Source: the human T2T-CHM13v2.0 reference genome, Homo sapiens. From it: a stretch of 64,000 nt of DNA. The stretch's first letter is position 1, and each line of letters begins with the position of its first letter. Below, piece after piece: positions 26,242 to 40,861 of this stretch. The stretch lies in assembly GCF_009914755.1 (NCBI RefSeq), contig NC_060929.1. One strand, given 5' to 3'. The notes below the pieces were generated by a model, which worked only from the letters and a program-made list of their open reading frames with translations, was not told the DNA's origin and made no database searches. A program made the position numbers and the translations under genes.

Positions 26242-26892
26242 TACAATAAGAGACTTGAACAAACTTCAGCGCAGTTTCTAACAGCTTAAAGTCATATACT
26301 CAAGATTACCTTAGTCCCCTTTTAAATGCTTGGCTAATACAGTGTTGTGTTGCCAAGATAATTTACTTTTTGTTTCAGCCAAAACCTGGTGATAGGCAGA
26401 TAGGTTCCCAAACTCCTCTTCAGAGTAGTTTCTTTAGTAACTTTGCAATTATAAGTCCTTTGCCTTTTAAGATGCAAATCTACCACCCAGAACTGCTTCC
26501 TCCATGGCCTGTGAACTTATTTGAAATGCAAACATTTAGAGAGAAAACTCTCCTTCTCCAGTTCCTGTGGGAGAATAGGGTCTAACTTCAGTGGGGTCCA
26601 TGCTCACTCTTGCACCACGGCCTCATGGGATAAAAATAGAGAAGTTTGTTCTTCCTCTGACAAGCACCATTTAGCAAACCCAAAGGACCTATTCACATGT
26701 CCAACAAACCCCCCTGCTATCTCTAGTTCTTTTCCCCAAGTACACTCCAACCTTTAAAAATTATCCTGCCTATAGTTATGGTAAATTTGAATTCACTTCA
26801 TTCTGGATTCCCTTTCTTATTAGAATGGGTATCACTAAATAAAATCTGTCCCTAAGGATTTAACTACTGTCCAGCTTTGTTTATCATTGACA
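26242..26892 (+). mobile_element. ERV1 solo LTR, MER67-like
   Basis: ttctaacagc, aatttactttttgtttcagccaa, tttgaaatgcaaacat, cctgtgggag, aataaaatctgtc...ttgaca. Confidence 0.7.
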
Positions 26893-27534
26893 GTGAACAT
26901 GAATTTAATTATAACCAAGTAAGTTTTCTTGGTAAAGTGACTCACTTATAGGTATATATCTGTATATATCTCATGAAAAAAGGTCAAGAGGCAGGAGGAC
27001 TGATATTTTGTCTGTTTCTCCTTTACTTAAGAACTATATTAATGACTTTCCTTACCCAAAACTTTTCCTTATATATGTTAATGTTTGCTCATCTCATTTT
27101 CAGAAATGCAAATAAAGCTTAACTTCTATTTAGGGGACACAAACCGAAATATCTTCTTCACCCAAGAACCATGAATTTATAATTTAGTACTTAGGTTGAA
27201 AAATTAAAGATAGATTGACTCACTTTCTTGTGATTTACTTAATTCAATTATCAGAGTTCTAAGTTATACCAGTATGTTCTCTTTGATTCACTGTTAGTGA
27301 TTTGAACATCTGAATGATAGAAGTTGAAATATTAAGTGTAATTTACCTTGTTTCTTCTTTATCCTTAATACAGCCAAAAAACTGTGTTGCACAACTTTAT
27401 ACATTTGTCAACCTAAAGGAAGAAACTGAGGCAAAATTAATACAAGTATAGAGTTTATTTGGGACATGCTTGAGGAATGTTACCTGGGAGAATAGATTCA
27501 AATTGCCCAGAATATAATGATACACTCCAATTAG

Positions 27535-27893
<359 letters not shown>

Positions 27894-28050
27894 AGGCAGG
27901 TTTTTAAAGTGAAAGAAGAGGCAGTTTGTAAGTTGTTATATTAAACTAACATAACCTATTGATTGGCTCTACATTGTTCTTTGTATTACACATTCCAGGA
28001 GTATGAAGTTAATGGGTGAGGCAGCTAGTCAGTAACAAAATGATTTAAAC

Positions 28051-28532
28051 TGTAGCAGGACGAGCCGCAGACAAAACCTCTCAGACACCGAGTTGTAGAA
28101 GGAAGGGCTTTATTCAGCTGGGAGCATCAGCAAGCTACTGCCTTAAAATCTGAGCTCCCTGAGTGCAAAATTTCTGTCCATTTTAAGGGCTCACAACACT
28201 AAAGATTTCACATGAAAGGGTCGTGATTGATTTGAGCAAGCAGGGGGTACATGACAGGGGCTGCATGCACTGGTGGTCAGAGAGAAACAGAACAGGGCAG
28301 GGAGTTTCACAAAGTTCTTCTATACAATGTCTGGAATCTATGAATAACATCAGTTTATAAGTTATAAGTTGATTTTTAACTACTGGGTTTAGGCCAGGCA
28401 GGCCCAGGCCTGGTTTCGGGCCTGGCGCCGGGCTGTCTGTCTTTGGTTTTACTTCTTTGTTGTTTTTTGTTAAAACAGGTACTGTATATAAAACAATATA
28501 AAATAACATGAGAGAGTCTTTCTCTTCCTTCA
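28051..28532 (-). mobile_element. LTR2B solo LTR (HERV-E/Harlequin group)
   Basis: Near-consensus tgtagcaggacgagccgcagacaaaacctctcagacaccgag ... tctcttccttca; CpGs retained; perfect 4-bp TSD AAAC. Confidence 0.9.
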
Positions 28533-29880
28533 AAACAATTGCCCTAGACGTGGGTGCAGGAGGAGTGTGGCATGACTGAAGTCCCGTACTTATCTTTCTG
28601 GGCCTGCATGCTTCAAAGAGCTCAGAATGCTTGTGATACAGTTTTTCTTTCTCATTTCCCCCCTGTTGATCAAAAATCTCCCCATGAAAACATTGAGGAT
28701 CCATTTCTGCATAGTCCTACATTCCTTGGCACTTGGAAGGCTCATTCTAAGATAGTTGTCAGTAAAGTCACTGATTCATGTAACTGCTATCACTTGTTGA
28801 ATCATCACTTATCTTCAGAATTTCATGCTTTTCATTATCTGAGAGGGAAAACAATGAGGGATATATTGCATCTATTACACTAGAGATTTAGTCAAGATTT
28901 TAGCAAAATAATAAAAACTCAAAAACAATGGTCAGGGCTGGAAATCTAATAATAGATGCTATAATTTTCTTCTGAAACAATTTTTCTCTCTCCAGTTCCC
29001 CATTTCTACCAAAGATAAACCTTAGTAGCACAAATTACTTGCAAAATAAGTTTTAGTTATATACTTGGCCTGATTATTCATATGACGTTCAACAGGAATT
29101 TTTACTGACCATATAGACTCTTTTAAGTTAGCTTTGATGGAATTTTCATATGGAATTTTGGATTAGACTTTTAAAAGCCTCAAGGCTGGTAAGTGACAGT
29201 CACTATTAGACTGTACCTATGATACTTGAACAAATTGGGTGAATTCTTCTCTTCTCAATCTCCCCCAAATATTTTAGGTCCCTTTGCCTGTTCAAAAGTA
29301 ACGTTCTTTACTTCCTACAAGGTCACAAACCTTGAAAGGGATGTGTACAGACAAGATACCAGGCGAGTCTTTCCAAGAGACTTTTTATTTGCTCTATAAA
29401 GTCAACCTCAATTCCTCAAAGCAGGCTGCTCGTATTGGAAAATGTGTCATTCAAGTCAAAGCCTTGGTAAAATAGCCAGTGTTTCCAATTTTGTCCTGTT
29501 CTTACAGAACTCATGTTTGCCATAAAATAAGATACTCATGAATAGTTTCCAAATTTTGGAGAAATCAGAGAGAAATGCAAATATTTTAATTTTGCTCACA
29601 TGGGTATATTTTACACAATTTCTATATGCTATAAAGAGCTCAAAAAGTTTTCTTTAGAAAACAAAATGTTCAAAGACTCAGTAATGTTTCAAACAAAAAG
29701 TCAAAAATATTATTTCAGTTGTTTATCATCTCAGTTTGATGTAATTAATTGTTGTTTTGCTTGATGTTAGGTTAGCAATCTTCATGAACACATAAAGTTT
29801 AGTAGAGTTTGGAAAGTTTTGACTTAGTCCGATAATGTAACCTCCAAAGTCATCAGAAACCTCTATTCAAGAGTACTTGT

Positions 29881-30188
<308 letters not shown>

Positions 30189-30518
30189 TTATTTCTCAGG
30201 ATACTTTCCCATGAATATCCTTGAAGTAAAAGCAAATTTTGGACTGTAGCCAATTATAAACCAATTTTTGAGAAGTCTCAAAGTAAAACAATAATTATCT
30301 GTGAAATAGAAGGCTTAGGGGACAATGTTAAAAATGCAAATGACAAGAAAATTTGGTTATTTCTATATTCATACAACAGCCAAAAATAATAATCATAATT
30401 ATTACTGATAAGTCATATTAAGACATATGAGAATTTTAGGAATCTGATGCTATTTTGGAATCCATATTAATAACACATTTATACAAATATAATTCAAAAA
30501 AGTTAAACACCATTTCTT

Positions 30519-30772
30519 TTTTTTTTTTATTATTATACTTCAAGTTTTAGGGTACATGTGCACAATGTGCAGGTTAGTTACCTATGTATACATGTGACAT
30601 GCTGGTGCACTGCACCCACTAACTCGTCATCTAGCATTAGGTATATCTCCCAATGCTATCCCTCCCCGCTTCCCCTACCCCACAACAGTCCCCAGAGTGT
30701 GATGTTCCCCCTCCTGTGTCCATGTGTTCCCATTGTTCAATTCCCACCTATGAGTGAGAATATGCGGTGTTT
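30519..30772 (-). mobile_element. Young L1 (L1PA2/PA3-like) 3' end, heavily 5'-truncated
   Basis: L1PA 3' UTR with cactaactcgtcatctagc (non-Ta GAG type); perfect TSD (tt)aaacaccatttctt. Confidence 0.92.
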
Positions 30773-30859
30773 AAACACCATTTCTTCTTTGATGATAAGC
30801 TCCTCTATGTTTTTAACATAACAAATAAGGAAAGTATCTCAAATATTATATTAAAGTTT

Positions 30860-31027
30860 CTTTTTTTCTTTTTTCCTATTTTTTTCTCTCTTTTTTTTTT
30901 TTTTTAATTGTAGTTGAGTTCTCCCTCTGTTGCCCAGCTAGTCTCAAACTCTTCAGCTCAAGCAATCATCCCACCTCAGCCTCTTAAAGTATCGGAATTA
31001 CAGGTGTGTGTCACTGTGCCCAGACCA
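30860..31027 (-). mobile_element. FLAM (Alu monomer)
   Basis: T-rich tail plus one left-arm monomer (gtctcaaactcttcagctcaagcaatc...ctgtgcccagacc). Confidence 0.8.
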
Positions 31028-32069
31028 AATTTTAAAGTTTTAAAATACTTAATCAATATAGTATTACGTATTACTGTAAAATAATCATCAATGATTCAGA
31101 CAAAATGATAATTTAAAGATTTCAGAAAGCAAATCTTTTACTCTTTGGTAGAGAGGAAAGTCAGCTATCCACGTAATCAAACAACCTGATAAAGACAACA
31201 TGAGACTAACAGAATCTGTCTTCCCTCTTTTATTTTTATTTTTTGCAGATTACTCAAAAGGTGAACTCAAGTCTTTTATTATGTCTTATTAACATGATAT
31301 GAAAATCTTGTTTAAAAGAGAAAACCAAAATTAATCTTTTCATCAGTATATTGTTAATGATAAAGCTAATTTGAATAAAACCTTACAAACAAATCAATCT
31401 AATCTTGAACAGTTTTGACCACAGACGATAAGATTTCCATAAGTTTTTCAAAATCTCTAACATTTTCTATTAAAGAGCAGATCAATGCTTTTAGAAAATT
31501 CTGTGATTCCTACACAGGGATCCAGACTCTGGACTGGCATCAGTGTCCCTTGATATTGATGCTCAATTTTAGAGAAACTAATCTCATTTTACCCAACTTG
31601 ATCACACACAAGATTTCTTTCACACGATTAATCTTCCACAAACCTTCTTCAACTTACTCAGACCTTTAGTTTTGTCCTATAATCCTTTTTTTATATTGGC
31701 ACTCTACCTTAGGGCAAAAATTTAGTTTCTTTTCCTCCTTATCCTTTTGACAACACAAAGTTCCTTGTCATGCAAAAGAAAAAAAAAATTGCTCTCTTTT
31801 CACCTTTCTTTAGATCTTACTTTCTTTATAGCTCTGCATATAACATTATTTCTCTTATACTGGTTTTTATTACATACATTAACTACAACTTTAACTCTTA
31901 GTAACCCTAATTTTTAGTGAAAAAAACTAGGAAGTAAGTGATTTTGAATGGTTTTATACCAGTATTTATAGGTAAAAAATTGCATAATTTTTAAAAATAT
32001 GTTTTCTCAATTTTTGTTTATGAACAGATCTAAATTTTTATCTAGCTTTTTTTATACCATATACAACAT

Positions 32070-35000
32070 GTCTCAATATATTAAAAAAATCACAATTTTA
32101 TCAAGCATCTTCTTAGACTGAAGCAGAATAAAATTAGAAATAAATACTGACAAGAACTGGTGAAACTCCACAAGTACATGGAAACTAAACAGCCTTATTT
32201 TAAATGATTCTTGGGTAAACAACAAAATTAAGGGAGAAAAAGTATAATAATAATAAAAAAAAACTTTTTAAGCAATTGAATGTGAAACATAACATACCAA
32301 AATCTGGGGGTTACAGCAAAAGCAATGCTAAGAGGGAAGTTATAGCATTAAATGCCTACATTAAAAAAGGAGAAAGATCACAAATTAACAACCTAATGTT
32401 GCACCTCAAGGAAATATAAACAAAAGAACTATGAAAAAAAAAAAAAAGAATAAACCACACCCAAAGCTAGCAGAAGAAAAGAAATAGCAAAAATCAGAGC
32501 AGAATTTGATGAGACTGAGACCAAAAAAAAAGATACAAAGAATCAATGAAATAAAAATGTGCTTTGTGGAAAGGATAAACAAAATTGATAGACTCCTACC
32601 TAGTTTAACTAAGAAAAAAGAGAGACAATTCAAATAAGCACAATCAGCAATGATAAAGGTGACATTATAGCTGATACCACAGAAAGACAAAAGATCCTCA
32701 TAAGTTACTACGACCATCTCTATGTGCACAAACTAGAAAATGTAGAGGAAATGGTTAAGTTCTTAGAAACATACAACTTTCAAGATTGAAACAGGAAGAA
32801 ATAGAAAATCCTGAGCAGACCAATCATAAGTAATGAAAGTGAATCAGTAACAGAAAATCTTTCAGCAAAATAAGTCCAAGACAAGAGAGATTCACAATTG
32901 AATTTTATCAAACCTACAGATTAAAGCTGGTACCAATCTTATTGACATTATTGGAAGAAATTGAGAAGGACTGATTTCTCCCTAACTCATTCTATGAAGC
33001 CAGTATCACCCTGATATCAAAATCAGGCAAGGACACAACAACAACAACAGTTTGGGCCTGTATTGCTAATGAACTAAGATGCAAAAATCCTCAGCAAAAT
33101 GCTAGCAAACTAAATCCAACTTTGCATCCCAAAGATAATTTGCCATGATCAATGGACTTTATTCTAGGCATGCAAAGAATGGTTGAACATTTAAAATCAA
33201 TAACTATAATTCAATATATAAGAAGAATTAAAAATGAAAAAATATGATCATTTTAATAGATCCAAAAAAAGCACTTGATAAAATCCAACATCCCTTTATG
33301 ATAAAACTCTCAAAAAAATAGGCATCAAAGGATCATAACTGAAAATAATGAGAACCATGTAACAAAAACCCATAGCCAATATTGTACAGAATGGTAAAAA
33401 GTTGAAAGCATTCCCTCTAAGAACTGGGACAAAACAGGGATGTCTACTGTCACCACTCCTATTCAACATAATACTGGAAGTCCTAAGAGAGCAATCAGGC
33501 AAGAGAAATAAAGGGCATCCAAATAGAAAAAGAAGAAATCAAAATATCTATCTTTGCTGACAATCCTAAAGATTCTGCCAAAAGGCTCCTAGAATTAATA
33601 AATGACTTCAGCAAAATTTTAGGATACAAAATCAATGTACAAAAGTCAGTAGCATTTTTAGACATCAACAAAATTCAGGCTGATAGTGAAATCAAGAACA
33701 CAATCCCACTCACAATAGCCAATTTTTTTTTTAAATACCTGGGAATACATTTAACCAAGGAGATGAAATGTCTTTAGGAGGAAAACCACAAAACACTGGT
33801 GAAAGAAAGTATGGATGACAGAAACAAATAGAAAAACTGTCCATGTTCATAGACTGGAAGAATGAATATCATTCAAGTGACCATACTCCACAAAGCAATC
33901 TCAAGATTCAACAAAATTCCTATCAAATCACTAATATCATTCATCACAGAATTAGAAAAAAACACTACTAAAGATCATATGAAATCAAAAAAGAGCCCGA
34001 ATAGCCAAAGCAATCCCAAGCAAAAAGACAAAGTAGAAGGCACCACATTACCTGACTTCAGATTATACTACAAGACTACTATGGCTAAAACAACATGGTG
34101 CTAATACAAAAATAGACACACAGAATAATGGAACAGAATAGAGAATCTAGAAATAAAGCCACATACCTACCACCAACCAATCATTAGCAAAGTCAACAAA
34201 ATTTAACAATGGGAAAGAACACCCTATTTAATAAACAGTGCTGGATAATTAGCTAGCCATAGGCAGAAGAATGAAACTGGACCCCTATCTCTCCCCACAT
34301 ACAAAAATTAACTCAAGACAGATTAAATAAAATATAATATCTGAAACTATAAAGTCTTAGATAAAAACCTAGTAAAAACTCTTCTGGACATTGGCTAAGG
34401 CAAGTAATTTATGACTAACACTCCCAAAACCAATACAACAAACAAAAAATAGACAAATGACACTTAATTAAACTGAAAGACTCTACATAGCTAAAGAAAA
34501 AAACAGAGTAAAGATACAATCTACAGAATGGGAGAAGATTATGCCAATTGTGTCTCCAAAAAAAAAAGACTAATATCTAGAATCTACAAAGAACTGAAAC
34601 AAAACTCAACAAGAAAAAATCGGATAACTCCATTAAAAAGTAGGCAAAGGACATGAAAAGATATTTCTCAAAAGAAAACAAACAAATGACCAACAAACAT
34701 GAAAAACTGTTCAAAATCACTAATCGCCAGAGAAATGAAAATTAAAAACCACAAGGAGATATCATTCTATACCAGTTAGAATGACTACCATCAAAAAGTC
34801 AAAAACAACAATGTTGGCATGGAATTAGAAAAAAAGGAATTCTTATACATTCTTCTTGGGACTGTAAATTAGCAAAAACTGTATGGACACCAGTATAGAT
34901 ATTCCTCAAAAAACTAAAAATGGAGCTACCATTCAACCTAGCAATCTCATTACTGGGCATCTACCCAAAGGAAAGGATATCATTATATTAAAAAGATACC

Positions 35001-35475
35001 TGCACTCATATGTTTATTACAGCATTATTCACAATAGCAAAATCATGGAGTCAACCTCAGTGTTCATCACCTGTGGACTGAATAAAGAAAATGTGGTATA
35101 TAACCACCATGGAATACAATGCACCTGCAAAAAGAATGAAATTATGTCCTCTGCAGTAACATGAATGGAGCTGTAAGTCTTTATCATAGGTGAAATAATT
35201 CAGAAACAGGAAGTCAAATACCACATGTTTTTACCAATAAGTGGGAGATAAACATAAACAATGGGTACACATGGACTTAAGGATGGAAATAATAGACACT
35301 GGGGACTTGAAAAGGAAGCAGGCTGGGAGGGAGGGTGAGTGTTTAAAAATTACCTATTGGTTACCATGTTCACTATTTAGGTGATGGGTATACTAGAAGC
35401 TCTAATCTCACCATTACACAATTTATCTGTATGAGATATCTGCATATGTACCTCCTAAATCTAAAATTTTTAAAC
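32070..35475 (+). mobile_element. L1PB-type (PB3/PB4-like) 5'-truncated LINE-1
   Basis: Collinear disrupted ORF2 (linker, RT tctttgctgac, C-terminus) and the L1PB 3' UTR aaaaattacctattgg...atgttcactatttaggtgatgggtatactagaagc. Confidence 0.9.
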
Positions 35476-38339
35476 AAAGGAAAAGAAAATAAGAGAAGAG
35501 CTGCCTACCCTATACTTCCCAAAAAAAGACCTGTAAAGGGGACCTAGGGCATGGGGGAGGGAGTGTTACTTGAGAAACACTTTCTGCAATGTCAAATGAG
35601 GAAAATTAGAAACCTGAAAGAAAGGTTCTGGAAGCAGCATGTGCCATGAAGAGGAAACCCCACCCTTTGCCTTTTCAAGTTTCTGAGTTCTTTTCAAGTG
35701 ATTGGTAATTCATCCATTATTAGAACATTGTGCAAGCTCAGAGAAACATCTTTGTGAAGAACTTTTAATGGTGTCAAAAAATAGTAAATGCAGTATGAAG
35801 CAAAAAAAGAAAGCTCAGAAGAGGCATTTTCTAAACTGTTTACCAGAATTTACATTAAAGTAACAAATTATTAACTTGCTAAACATTTGTTTCTTTTATC
35901 ATAAATTGTAGGAACATGGAGATAATTGATGAGGCTGCTGGTCAGGAACAAAATGACATTAAACAATTGCCCTCAGGCATGAAGGGGGATGAATGACGTC
36001 TCATACTTGTGTGTCTCTGGGCCTGCATATCTCACAGAGCTCAGACTTCTCGGAGTTATTTCTCTTGTCAACAAAAACAATGGAATAGCTGTCTGCCTCA
36101 AAATCAATTGATCAGACACATGCACACACACATACACAAACATACACACACAACTTTTCTTTTCCTCCCCTTTTTTATTGTATGTCAAGTTTATTAAAAT
36201 GTTACTGTTTGAAAGGTATTTCCTTAGTTATTACAGTTATTCATCTTAAAAATATAATGCTTGTATTAAAAAGAACTCATCTAATGCAAGAGCTAAATGT
36301 GGGAAAAGCATTTGTGAAATAGAAAGGTAATCAGAAATAGAAAAAAGGTATATAACAAAATGTGATGAAAACAAGTTTTCACTTTTTCTTAGGGTGGGAT
36401 ACAGGGATAGAGGATGGGAAGAAATTGTATCTTCTCATGTAAGTCTCAACTATTATTAAAATAATTGTTATGTTGTTATAAAAAGAAATGTTACATAGCC
36501 TAAAAGGTATTAAACAAAGAAATGGGCAAGTTCTCTATTGATTCTATATCTTAAATTGCAATAAAAATGTTCAAAGAAACTATCTTTTAAGTCACAATTT
36601 TAATGTTTGTAAAGAACACACCCATAAATATAAAAATTATATTCTGTTATGAGCAAATGGGAAACATTTTATCACCATTTTTAGGAAATGGCTTTTTTTA
36701 AATTATATACGAACTAACTATATTTGTATCTAGTTCCAGGTATATGAGAAAAGGATATGGAGAAAAATTATTACTATACTTTTTTACTGTTATTTTATAT
36801 TCTTTATTAGATGAGTTTATAGAAATGTACTTGGGAATTACCTAACTTCTCCAGTTGAGAGTAGCTGAAAATTCTAATTTTTGAAGTTTTATAAGGCATT
36901 AAGTAAAGAAATCAGATATAATACTATAGTACTAATTCAAATAAATCACAGCTTCATTTAGAATTTTATTCCTTTTAGTATTTTAATGGTTTTATTACAA
37001 TATTTTGAACATGTACAGTTGATAATTTTCCTTCTGTTCCTTATAATTAATAGTAAATAATGGAGAAACTCATAATCTTTAATGTTTACTCACTTTGGTC
37101 AACTTTATTAGCATATTTGGTATTTTCATCATTTTATTGTGTGTTATAAAAATGTATTAATAAATTATATGAATTGGTTTCCAGTAAGAAATCTGTATAT
37201 CAATAATAACAAAGAAGTATATAATAACAACAAAGATAAACAAAAATAACATGCATTTGTATTTTAAAAATGTATACCTATGCTAAAACAACTCTTTTTT
37301 TCATTCTTTCTAACACACACTCCAATAAAAAACCTGAGTGCTTAATGCTATATGTACTCATGAAATATTTTTTTAAAGTTACTTTCAAGAATGTCTTTTG
37401 CCCACCATGTTTTTCAACTGGCTTAAGTCACTATTCAACAAATATAGACTGCTTGGGAAGAGATACACATAATGGGTAACAGTCATGATTGGAGTCTTGT
37501 TATTGTAGGAATGATAAGGCTGTGGAAGAAAGCTATATCTAGGGGCTAAAGCTATAAACAAGGACCAAGTATTATTTTTGTCTTTAGAGGCGAGTTTCTG
37601 TTCTAGCACAGGCTGTGGAAATGTAGTATTAGGAGTTAAAACCGAACTCTGAAATATTATGCTGGCTCAAGTCATAAAAGTTATTTTAGCATAGCTTATG
37701 TAATTAGGTCTCAGTTTAATTAATGTCAATGCAGAAAAAGAAAAAAAAATAGCTACATTTATTTCAACCTCACCTAAATGATTCAGAGGAATTTAACCTT
37801 CAAAATGATTGATTGTGCCCTAGTTTTAAAGAAGAGTGGATGGCTGAAGATGCTTTTTAAGTAAAATTATCTAGTCTAAAGCTCTCCAATGTAGCTGCAA
37901 GCTGCAATGGAGAAAGCTAGGTAAATCTCTGGAGAGGATGGATTAAAATGTTTTTAAAACTTAAAAATCTTGCATTTTAAGAATAATACCAAAAGAAGCT
38001 GCCATTTGTGGGGTCAGGCAGGTGAGTGTCATGACTCAGTTTGATGTCCAGCATCTAGAGAAGATTTTAAGCATGTCAACGTGTCTTCTACTAGAGGAAA
38101 CCACACCGGAAATATAAATATCACTGAGTAAAGTCAATTTGCCTAGACACTCTCTGGATGGCTCCTGAAAATTATTGTTTTTTAGGGCAAACTCCCTTGG
38201 CATCCTTTTGGTCTTTCCATTTTAGACCGTGAAGAATACATGGGATTTAGAATTTAACTTTTTATCATTGCCTAGTATGGCATTTTTTCTTTCTCAGAGG
38301 ACACAACAGTCCCTTAAAAAAGGTGAGTGAAATAGGATT

Positions 38340-38797
38340 TGCTGTGGTTTTTATATGGTCTGATTGTTCCCAGTATAAGCCATGTTGAAATTCCATCCCC
38401 AATGTGGCAGTGTTGGGAGGTGAGGCCTAGAGGAAGGTGTTTGAGTCATGAAGGTGGATCCCTCATGAATGGCTTGGTGCTGATCCTGTGGAGCAAGTGA
38501 GTCCTAAATCTCACAAGAAAAGATTGGTTCTCACAAAAATGGATTATTTCATTTGACAGCAGGTTGTTATAAAGTGAGGTTCCTCCTGTTCTGTTTGGTT
38601 ATCTCACTTCACACTGGTCAGCTTCCCCTTTGACCTTTCTTGCTATGTTATGACACAGCAGGAGAGCCTTCTCCAGAAGCCAGAGCCATGCTCTTGATCT
38701 TTTCAACCAGCAGAACAGTAGGCTAAAAATCCTTTTTTCTTTATAAATTACCTAGTTGCAGGTTTTCTGCTGGAGCAACACAAAAAAGACTAAGACA
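38340..38797 (+). mobile_element. MaLR solo LTR (MSTB-like)
   Basis: tgctgtggttt...catgttgaaatt...ccccaatgtggcagtgttgggaggt...ttctttataaattacc...gactaagaca. Confidence 0.85.
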
Positions 38798-38858
38798 ATA
38801 AGAAAATGTACTCTTTTTTTTTTCTCTCTCTCTGCTTTAGAAAATAATACAACATTTT

Positions 38859-39167
38859 GGCCAAGCACAGTGGCTCACGCCTGTAATCCCAGCCCTTTGG
38901 GAGCCTGAGGCGGGTGGATCACGAGGTCAGGAGATCGAGACCATCCTGGCCAACATGTGAAACTCGTCTCTACTAAAAATACAAAAAAAAAAAAATTAGC
39001 CGGGCGTGATGGCTTGCGCCTGTAGTCCCAGCTACTCAGGAGGCTAAGGCTGGAGAATCACTTCAAACCGGAAGGCAGAGGTTGCAGTGAGCCAAGATCT
39101 CGCCATTGCACTCCAACCTAGGCAACAGAGTGAGACTCTGCCTCAAAAAAAAAAAAAGAAAAAAAAA
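38859..39167 (+). mobile_element. AluSc-like
   Basis: gatcacgaggtcaggagatcgagaccatcctggccaacatg; perfect 20-bp TSD agaaaataatacaacatttt. Confidence 0.95.
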
Positions 39168-40651
39168 AGAAAATAATACAACATTTTTACTACCTTCATG
39201 AAAGCAGAAAATCATCAAAGGATTGCAAAGAGGATAGCAGGTATGTTGCATGTGAAATAAAGAATTGGATGAGGTGGCTAGATTAGACTAGAACCCCAAA
39301 GAGACTAAGTCTTTTCTCCTGCCTGACTCTCAGGCTTTAAATCCAAGATTCAGAAGAAAGAATGTTACTCAGGAAACATATGCTGTCAGGAAAGTTTGAG
39401 ACCTGCTGCTGTCTATCTTGATGCTTTTACTATAGAGCCAGCCTCAGCCACAATATATCCTCCAGTGGCCATTCATCTTAGCTCAGGGCACCCCATCCTC
39501 CATCACCAAAGGACCTGATTCAGAACAGATCCCCTGTCTATGCTTTGCAAATTAAAATAACACATTGTTTGTTCCAATATTTTCAAAGCTCTTGGTTAGC
39601 AGATATTGTCTGTGACCTTTTAAGACTTTGATATTCCTCTCAGAGGTATAAATTTATTTTCTCTGAGCTGTAAATTTATTTTCAGATGTTGCAAAGTAAC
39701 AACAATATATCAAAACAATACCTGTCTGTAAAATAAAAAAAAAAAATAGGACAGACAGAAGTGAACAAAATAAAACAAAACAAACACATTAAAAATCCCC
39801 ACAAAATCCACCAGTTCTTGAAGACAGATCCATTGTCTACATAAAATTGATCATAGACTTAAGTCATTTTCCTGATAATTGGAACAGATGTACCCATGAT
39901 CAGTCTAAAAGGAGGGTCAGAAAGACCTGGACCAAGAGGTACAGGATGTACGAGTGCAATTCTATTATCATCCCTCCTCTCTTGTGCCTCCTTCACATTT
40001 TATCAAATTTTCTTACAGTTCGATGATTGCCCTTCTGTTAAATAAACTTGAAATAGAGTTTAGCCTTTATAGGTATTTAAAATTCATCTTGATTTTATTT
40101 CATGATAAGTTAAGGTTAACTTATACCTTAAAATGGAAATCAATAATGACAGCAATAGTAAGATTTTAAACAAAGGTCACACATAACTATACAGTTAAAA
40201 TTATGACTATATCAACTGGTTTTGAGTATGCATAAATCATTCATACCACAGAATTAACCACGCATGTATGGAAGAGCATGTTTTATTAAAACACCTAATT
40301 ATTTAATGTTTTAAATAAAACAGTTTCATTGTCACATTTTACAGATCCTAAATCTGATTGCCATTATTGCAGTTTGCAGATAATAGCAGTAACTGACAAA
40401 GCTAAAAATCAGAAGTCAGCTGTCATAGACTAATTTGATGACAATGTAGAGAAAAATATGCTCAGATGGAATGTAGATCAATGTACATAAATATGATTTT
40501 GTACACAAAATAAAGTGTTTTGAAGATTATCTTTGTGTATATATTAGTGTTCCTGTATAATCAAACATATTTAGTGTACTAGAAAGTACATACAGCAAGT
40601 CTTAAGTCTTAAGGATTAGTAGAGAAAAAGAAAAGTACACCTTGGTGTTAA

Positions 40652-40861
40652 TTTTTTTTTTTCTCTTGAGACAGAGTTTCACTCTGTTGCCTAGGCTGGA
40701 GTGCAGTGGTGTGATCTTGGCTCACTGCATCCTCCGCCTCCTGGTTTTAAGTGACTCTCCTGCCTCCCCTCTGGAGTAGCTGGAACTACAGGTGTGCATC
40801 ACCATGCCTGGCTAATTTTTGTATTTTTGGTAGACATGGGGTTTCACTATATTGGCCAGGC
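40652..40861 (-). mobile_element. AluS, 5'-truncated
   Basis: Right arm and linker complete; the left arm stops at ggccaggc. Confidence 0.9.

Noticed and set aside
28183-28883. 173-aa and 109-aa ORFs
   Set aside because: They span the LTR2B/MER65-like junction and have no gag, pol or env motifs; chance frames.
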